Below, one piece after another: positions 49,042 to 56,269 of a stretch of 56,269 nt of DNA. The number at the start of each line of letters is the position of its first letter. Within the stretch, counting starts at the first letter, position 1. The notes under the pieces are model-generated. The model was given only the letters and a program-made list of their open reading frames with translations. It was not told the origin of the DNA and searched no databases. The position numbers were made by a program, and so were the translations under genes. This stretch comes from Girardia tigrina (lineage: Eukaryota), in assembly GCA_001938485.1 (NCBI GenBank), contig MQRK01192887.1, positions 1 through 56,269 of the forward strand, in the 5' to 3' direction.

Positions 49042-49283
49042 TCTAAACTAAATTGATTAATGAATTAATTCTTGTTATTTTTTTAACAAATGGGGAAATA
49101 AATATTTTAATAAAATATTTACTAAAAACTTATTGGATAGAAATTAAAATGATTATTAATTATTTAAAAATATTAATTTGATTTAATTATTAAAAATTGT
49201 AAAAAAACTAAATAACTTATTTAAAATTTTAAAATTATTTGAAATTAAAAATAAATTTAAACATTTTTAGATAATAAGAATTC

Positions 49284-49378
49284 AAATATCAATCATCCAT
49301 CTGGGTAGGAGAGACACATTTCCAAATCAACATACTACATTCAAACACAAAACATCAAACATTCAAAATATTCCTCAC
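49284..49378 (-). promoter_or_regulatory. Conserved block A, module copy 5
   Basis: Reverse complement GTGAGGAATATTT..TGTTTGA..TATGTTGA..GTGTCTCTCCTACCCAGATGGATGATTGATATTT. Confidence 0.55.
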
Positions 49379-52259
49379 ACTCGCAAATATTGATTATGTG
49401 ATTACTCTTAAAATGGGAATTTGTTCTAGAGTAACCTCTACGACCACAACTATAAAAATTCAATTTTCGTGTCAAATTTATGTCATGTTTCTCCAATTTA
49501 CGTGGGTTTACACTTGTGATGTTAATCTTGATGAACAAAATTTATCGATGTCCAATTATGATTTGAAACAATTTGTGATTTATAAATTAACTGATAGTAC
49601 TTTCAAGTTTCAAGTATTTTACAGTATAATTTATTTAAAAATAAAGTTAAATATAGAAAAACTCAATTAAAACGAATTAAACAGCACAGTCAAACTTTTT
49701 ATCAATTACTTGAAAGGGTTGAAGTTCAACAAATTGTTAAATTCAAACTTTCCTACAGTTATTTTTATCAAGTTTCGGTACATTGACATTTTAAAAATGA
49801 TAGAGGGTCATCGTTGCGTAGTAAAGAATATATATNNNNNNNNNNNNNNNNNNNNNNNNNNNNNNNNNNNNNNNNNNNNNNNNNNNNNNNNNNNNNNNNN
49901 NNNNNNNNNNNNNNNNNNNNNNNNNNNNNNNNNNNNNNNNNNNNNNNNNNNNNNNNNATTCTCGAAGATAATAAATGATAATATAAAAATTTGATCAAAT
50001 TAGTAAATCAAAAATTTTTTTGCAAAAAATCTTTAACGACTACCCACATATGTTTAAACTGTATTAAATATAAGTATTTAGGTTTTTTCATTCCATGTTT
50101 TATAATAACTGTATGATGTTATTAGTAACTATTTAATTGCAAAATTAAGTAGTAGAATTGTTTGTATGAAATTTTTCCTTCCACAAAAGATTTATTATAA
50201 TTTTTAATAACATAATAAATTTATCAAAAAATGTAATAGTAATTTTACCTTCTACAAGAGAGAACAAAAAAGTTACTTTGGCCAAGTAGAGTTCTGCCCG
50301 TTTAAAGAATGAATATAAAAGACATTTTTTGATTTACTAGTTTATATTTTAATATTAATTTAAAAAAAATATAATATAGTATGATCTGTTATTTTTGAAA
50401 GTGTAATGTGTATTTTTTTAATTATCGATATATCTAAGGGCTAATTTGAATTAATTTAAAAATATTTGCAAACTTTAATCTATTCGACTGATTTTTTTAC
50501 ATTATAGATTATATATGAATGTATTATTTTAAATATGGAAATTGTGTTTATAAATAAAAAATTAAAATTACTGTTTATTTATTCTTTAAAAATGATTGAC
50601 TAAAATCTCTTTCAAAATTAACAGTTTTTGTGATACAAATACTCATATAGGAATAATTAATAATTTCATAATTAATATTTAATCTCATTAAAAGCTCAGA
50701 AACAAACATTCAAAATAATTTAGATTTAACATACAAAAAGAATGTTTCAAAGGTTCAAAGAAATGTTTCTAGCAACAAATAATAATAAACATAATTTTGA
50801 GATTTTATTCATTATTAAAATTGTTATTATTTATCACAAATTATTTGTTTTGTTAATAACTCCTATAAAAATAGTGAAGAATATTAGTAAAGCAATAAAT
50901 CATGAAAATAATTTTCCCTTGTTCCTATCAGTTATGATTCTTTGTTTGTTCGCATCCTCCAGGGCGGCCAGCTCGAATCAAGTCATTTTTCCATGACTCA
51001 TCATTACTTGTCGCACAGAATTTATTTTTTGTTTTTTACTTTGTTACAAAAAATGAAAATCTTTCTATTCAATAAAAAAATTGCATCACATGTTCATTGG
51101 AGAGACCGCATTTCATTTGTCTTGTTTTCATATTATATAAAATAATTAATATTTTCATTAACTTTTTCTTTGGTTGATATTTTTCTGTTGAAAATTTTCA
51201 GTTCTTTTTTGAATTGACTAAGTTTAATTAATAATAATAAATTAAAATTTTAGTTTGGTAAATCGTTGGGCATTAATTAGGGATTTTTTAAAAACTAAAG
51301 GAACGCCACTTTACAATATAATTTATCATAAATTATTAAAATTATTGTTAAGTCATACTTTCATTAAGTCGTGTCAAACATCAATTTATTTTTTGTATAT
51401 TTACTAACCATTATTTATACGCCTATGTATAGATATGTATTATTTTTTATTCATTTTTATTTTATTTATTAAATTTTTATGATTAAAGAAAAGAAAAGGA
51501 AAAGAAAAGAATTTGTCAAAGGGATTATGGAAAAATCTTCAAGAATTGTGACCTTAGTGGCGCTAGAAAGTTGTATATTTTACTAACCAAAATATACATT
51601 ATAATTAAAATCATAATTATAATTCAAAATTTAAAATTAAAAAAACATCAATTCAAAATTAATATAGTCATAGATAATAGAATTAATTTTGAAATTAATT
51701 TTAAAAGTAATATTGAAAATAAAAGTCTCCTTTCCAGAGAAATAAACTAAGAACGAATTTCGACAGGATAATATCTGGTTCGAGTATCTATTGAGATAGT
51801 ATCGAAAAAACCTAACAAATCATCAAAACCAAATCACATAATCTATCAAAAGCTTGAATCCAGCGATTTACGAGTCATAGTTATTTCAAACATTAATAAA
51901 TATCAAGACATCCCGCTGTTCACATTGAAGACCATGACAAACTTCTCTCTGAGCATTTAAAAAATATTAAGAGTAATTTTATTTAGTGATTATATTTCCC
52001 TCAGTTCACTATTTCTCATTTTACTATGATTTAATATCCCTCTTTGTCTCCTGCCGTTGTAAAGTTCGTTAACAATATTATTATATATTTTAAAACTTGT
52101 ATTTATTTTTTTATCTCTTAATAATTACACAAAAACAAATTTATTCTATTGATATACTTGAAAGGACTTGTTTCTTAATAATTCTTGTAAAGATAAGTTC
52201 ATTAATGCAATTATATAAATAAGGACTTATCATTACAATTATTATCATAAATTAACTAA

Positions 52260-52850
52260 GATTGACCACTTTGACGCGGTATGACGTTTATCTGAGGATT
52301 TTATGGTCCAATTTCAAAATAATTCTTTGATAGCATTGTTTAGTAATTTAGCAAGTGGAAAATCTGTTTTCATAGATGCTTTGATCAGTTTATCATTGTG
52401 AGATATTATAAAATTAAATTTAAATTAACTAAATAAAGTATTACATAATAAACAAAATTAGAATAATTCTAAATTTGTATTATATAACTATTACGGGGTC
52501 GAGAGCAGAGTTATCCTTTGACTCTCCTTTTATTCTGTATATAACTGATGTATACAGTTATATATGCTGTGATTTAGTTTTATTAAATATAGTTTAGTGC
52601 AGATCTTTTGTCTTCTAACAATCATAAAAATAATTTTTATCAACGACGATGAACTACTGATTCTGGTTATCCTTAACGATTTTTGATGCTCATTAATATT
52701 AAAATATTTTTTGCCTTTGACTGTAATATTGAACAATTTGCAAAAGAGATTCCGAGACGGAGATTCAAGAAATTATAGTTAATTTCTTCACATAAATGCA
52801 AATTTTTTCAAAATTGATTTTTCTAATTTCGACATTTTATGATTTTAATT
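52260..52850 (-). mobile_element. Decayed CGGBP1-like/hAT-related transposase N-terminus
   Basis: NLFCKLFNITVKGKKYFNINEHQKS (BED-like zinc finger relic), then DKLIKASMKTDFPLAKLLNNAIKELF (cf. AF..ADIPL.KL.N). Confidence 0.5.
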
Positions 52851-53089
52851 CAAATAAATAAACAAACATATTTTAAAATTTTTTTCTGATCAATTACCTA
52901 TTTTATTTAATATAATTCATTTTTTTTTCAGTTTTTATAACTTTTCTAATTCACTTTCTCAAATACAAATTGACTTTAGAGATTTAAAATATAAAAATTG
53001 ATCTAATAGGCCTCCACAAAGTTGCTCCTCATATTACTGTTTATTTATGTGAAATGTAATTATGTAATTAGATTACAAGCTAATAATTA

Positions 53090-53132
53090 ATGATCTGAAG
53101 ATGGCGTTAAAACCTACGAAATATATTATCAT
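53090..53132 (+). ncRNA. Degenerate hammerhead relic (solo Penelope end)
   Basis: ATGAT-CTGAAGA-...-CGAAATATATT-ATCAT; shares the CGAAATATATTATC.TAAAATATATTTT tail with the 36.5-kb copy; stem II eroded. Confidence 0.55.
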
Positions 53133-55702
53133 AAAATATATTTTAAAATGGTGTTTCTTTTGGTTTTTAAAAAATTGCCATTATTTTTTAAATTTCGATT
53201 TCTGAAAATTCTTTTTTTTAAATAAAAAATCTGTTTTGGTTTTTTTTCGTTGAGAGGAAATCCATTTGTTTACATTTCTTTGGATCAACAATTGATTTAA
53301 TGTGTTTTCAGTTTTTTAGACTGATTATGACAGAATATGAATAAAATATTCTTGATGATTTTCAGCGGTTTATTTACTCAATTATACGTACAGAATGAAC
53401 TCAACATTTAGTAATAGATAAAGAAAACGTTTGGCTAATTATTATAAAACAATATCTCCTTCCTAATACGATAGTCGGATATTAAAATCTAAAATTCAAA
53501 TAATAAAGTTAATTTTTATGTGATCTGACTTCAATTATCAGTTTGTTCTTCTGAATAAAAATATATGCAAGAACTTCAAACAAAGAGACTCAAAATGGAA
53601 TTCAATACTTTATGGAAGAATAATTTAATTTAATTTCACTTTAATAAATTATATCTATGAGGGGTTAGTTTAAATTTCCATTTCGCCAAAATATTTTGTT
53701 AATTTTTTAATTTAAAAATTAAAATGTAAAATAAATTAAATACTTATTTCATAACTTTTATTAAAATATATCAATTGTTATGACTGCAAGAATATCATAA
53801 ATAAGTTCAAATGAATTTTAAAATAGATAATTAACTGATTAATATTTTAAGAAATAATTTTTTAAATAAAAGGCTTATAGTAAATTTAAATTAATTAGTT
53901 TTTATGATAAAGTTTCTTAAAAATATAAGAATTATTTTAAAGTTTAAAATTTAGCAAATTTTCAAAATTTAATCGAAATAAAATTTAATAGATTAATTTT
54001 TGGCGAAATAATTGAATTAACAAGAAATTTGTTTAAATATGTGAATTGTTGATATGAATAAAGATTGCGGTGTTAAATTATGAGTACTGAATTTGATAAT
54101 AATGAAAGTGGCATAAACGCTACTTGCAATATCAATTAGTGCTTTACGTTTATTGTTCACCCAAACGGCGCATTTATCACTTTTTAGTTATTTTTAAGTA
54201 AACCTTTATGAACCCCATCGATGTTAGCATAAGATTTTGAATATCAGAAACCGATCTCCAAACCTTTAATCATAATTTGCTTCACAAGAAACTTTAGGAG
54301 TCGAATATTACTAATAATTATCAAAAAAAATACTAAAACTAGTTTTAATTTGGATCATAAGAAGATAAATTATGAAATATAAATCCCATTTTTTTACGAA
54401 CTTAGGGTATAATTTACTATTTAACACATTTTAATAGCTAATTAATCTTTTCATTTTGTTTACTTTACCATGCAGATGATAATATTCAAACATAAATAGC
54501 AAAACAAGACAAATATAGGGATTGGTTATGGAGAATGTCCATTAATCTAAAGATTGGAGCTGCTGATTATCAGGCATTTGTGTGACAATATATACGCTGT
54601 TTTACCTCTTCATCAATTGGCCATGTGTCACAGACCCGCCTAATCTGATGGTAGCGTCATTAAGAAAATCTCCCCTCCCTCAAATACATTAGTCACTATT
54701 TTTTGTCATCGCTTCTTAGCTCTTTCCATTTGAGTTGGTGATTTTTTTTCGTTTTAAATTTGATTACATATTCACGATATCCTGACATTTTATATATGAG
54801 TAATCAATCATTTAAATTTTAACTCAAACCTTTTAATTAAATTTCGTTCGAAAATAATTATTTTTTACAAAACTTGTATCAAATCAAAATTATAATTACA
54901 AAGTGAGTGAGACTTTCCTCTCTCTTTCTCGCACTCACCTTTTTTCTATCTTTCCTTTTTTAATTTTACAAAATTAATTATCGATTGTTAAAACAAAATA
55001 AAATAAAAAAACAAAACGAATTATTTTTTTCGATTAATTCGTTGGTTTATCAACAAAAAAAACAATTGATTAAAATTATTGATTTTTAATTTAAATTAAT
55101 TAATTATTGATTTTTTAAACTGTTTTTTCAAAGATGTAAATTATGCTTTTTATGTTATAAATTATTTTTTCTTCTTTATTGTTATCTGTTTTTCATTTTT
55201 TTCGGAGAAAAAATAATATTTTTTTATGTAAATTTCGATCTATTTATTTCCATTCTGACTGGAATATGTATTAAATTAATGGTAATTTAATATATTTTAA
55301 AAAAATGAAAAATTTTCTCAATAAAAAAAGAAAGATATTTCTTGAAAATATATTTTTCATGGTTTAAAAAGTAATTTTCGGATTATAAAAAAAATCAAGA
55401 AAATTTTTTATGTCTAAAGATTGAGCTCCTGCGTGTACTACGATACCCACTCCCAAATAACCACCATCTCACTTTCATTTTCTTAATCCTTCTCTTTTCA
55501 ATTCCATTAGACTTATCTTTGACAATATCCCCAGTTCCATTAAAATGAATATTCTTAAGTTAAAAAATAATTTTTTTCTCATCACTTTTGAGTCTTTAAT
55601 TCACTATAAGTTCTCATTTTCTCCAGGAAAAAGATGATCGGATAAGGATGATTAGTCTAATCCATGGGTATCTGTAAGAGAAAGACAAATGACTTACTTA
55701 CC

Positions 55703-56269
55703 CTTTACTAAAATCGAAAAAGAAACATTTTTGGAAATCTATGTTAATCTGATTAAAATTTTCAGTAATTCATTTATGCCTTTTTTTAAAGATCATTCGG
55801 AGAAAATTCATATAAATTTTCGGTTTATTTCTGTAAGAACTAAATAATATATCATTACAGTTTTAGGCAAAAGTCACCTTATTATATTAAAAAGTTTAAT
55901 AACTTTTTTCTTTACTTTTTCTTAATTTACTTTTTTCTATTACAATATATATATATATATATNNNNNNNNNNNNNNNNNNNNNNNNNNNNNNNNNNNNNN
56001 NNNNNNNNNNNNCTTTACTAAAATCGAAAAAGAAACATTTTTGGAAATCTATGTTAATCTGATTAAAATTTTCAGTAATTCATTTATGCCTTTTTTTAAA
56101 GATCATTCGGAGAAAATTCATATAAATTTTCTGTTTATTTCTGTAAGAACTAAATAATATATCATTACAGTTTTAGGCAAAAGTCACTTTATTATATTAA
56201 AAAGTTTAATAACTTTTTTCTTTACTTTTTCTTAATTTACTTTTTTCTATTACAATATATATATATATA
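55703..56269. repeat. ~260-bp duplication either side of a gap (tandem repeat or uncollapsed haplotypes)
   Basis: 55703-55962 versus 56013-56269, two substitutions seen. Confidence 0.9.

Noticed and set aside
55703-56269. Duplication as a biological tandem array
   Set aside because: It straddles a gap and both units end in (TA)n; more likely uncollapsed contig ends or haplotypes.
1-56269. CRISPR array, rRNA, tRNA or prokaryotic operon
   Set aside because: No regularly spaced repeat-spacer array or RNA-gene signature seen; the content is eukaryotic.

Overview
Very AT-rich eukaryotic (invertebrate-like) draft scaffold with several N gaps, many next to (TA)n tracts; the species cannot be determined from the sequence. 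I found no intact, recognisable host gene. Most interpretable sequence is transposon debris: RTE-like LINEs, Penelope-like elements with minimal hammerhead ribozymes, Tc1/mariner (DD35E, DD37E, mariner), hAT, piggyBac, a Helentron-type MITE, a decayed gag and other transposase relics. The most notable unexplained structure is a dispersed five-copy, two-part module (two copies on +, three on -). Each copy has a conserved ~95-110 bp block (TGAGGAAT, a TGTTG/TGTTT-rich tract, then GTGTYTCTCCYACCCAGATGGA-x-x-ATTG), an AT-rich spacer of about 160-325 bp, and an indel-free short ORF of 36-44 codons (M-x3-ESF...C..NKC...LNN) that is below the ORF-track cutoff. Other unusual structures are a 2.5 kb fold-back locus enclosing gene fragments, a 2.4 kb mosaic of gene and TE fragments with a perfect 211-bp direct repeat, and a structured ~125-nt retroposed RNA with a target-site duplication inside a Tc1 terminal repeat. 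All family calls come from motif recognition by eye, not database searches.
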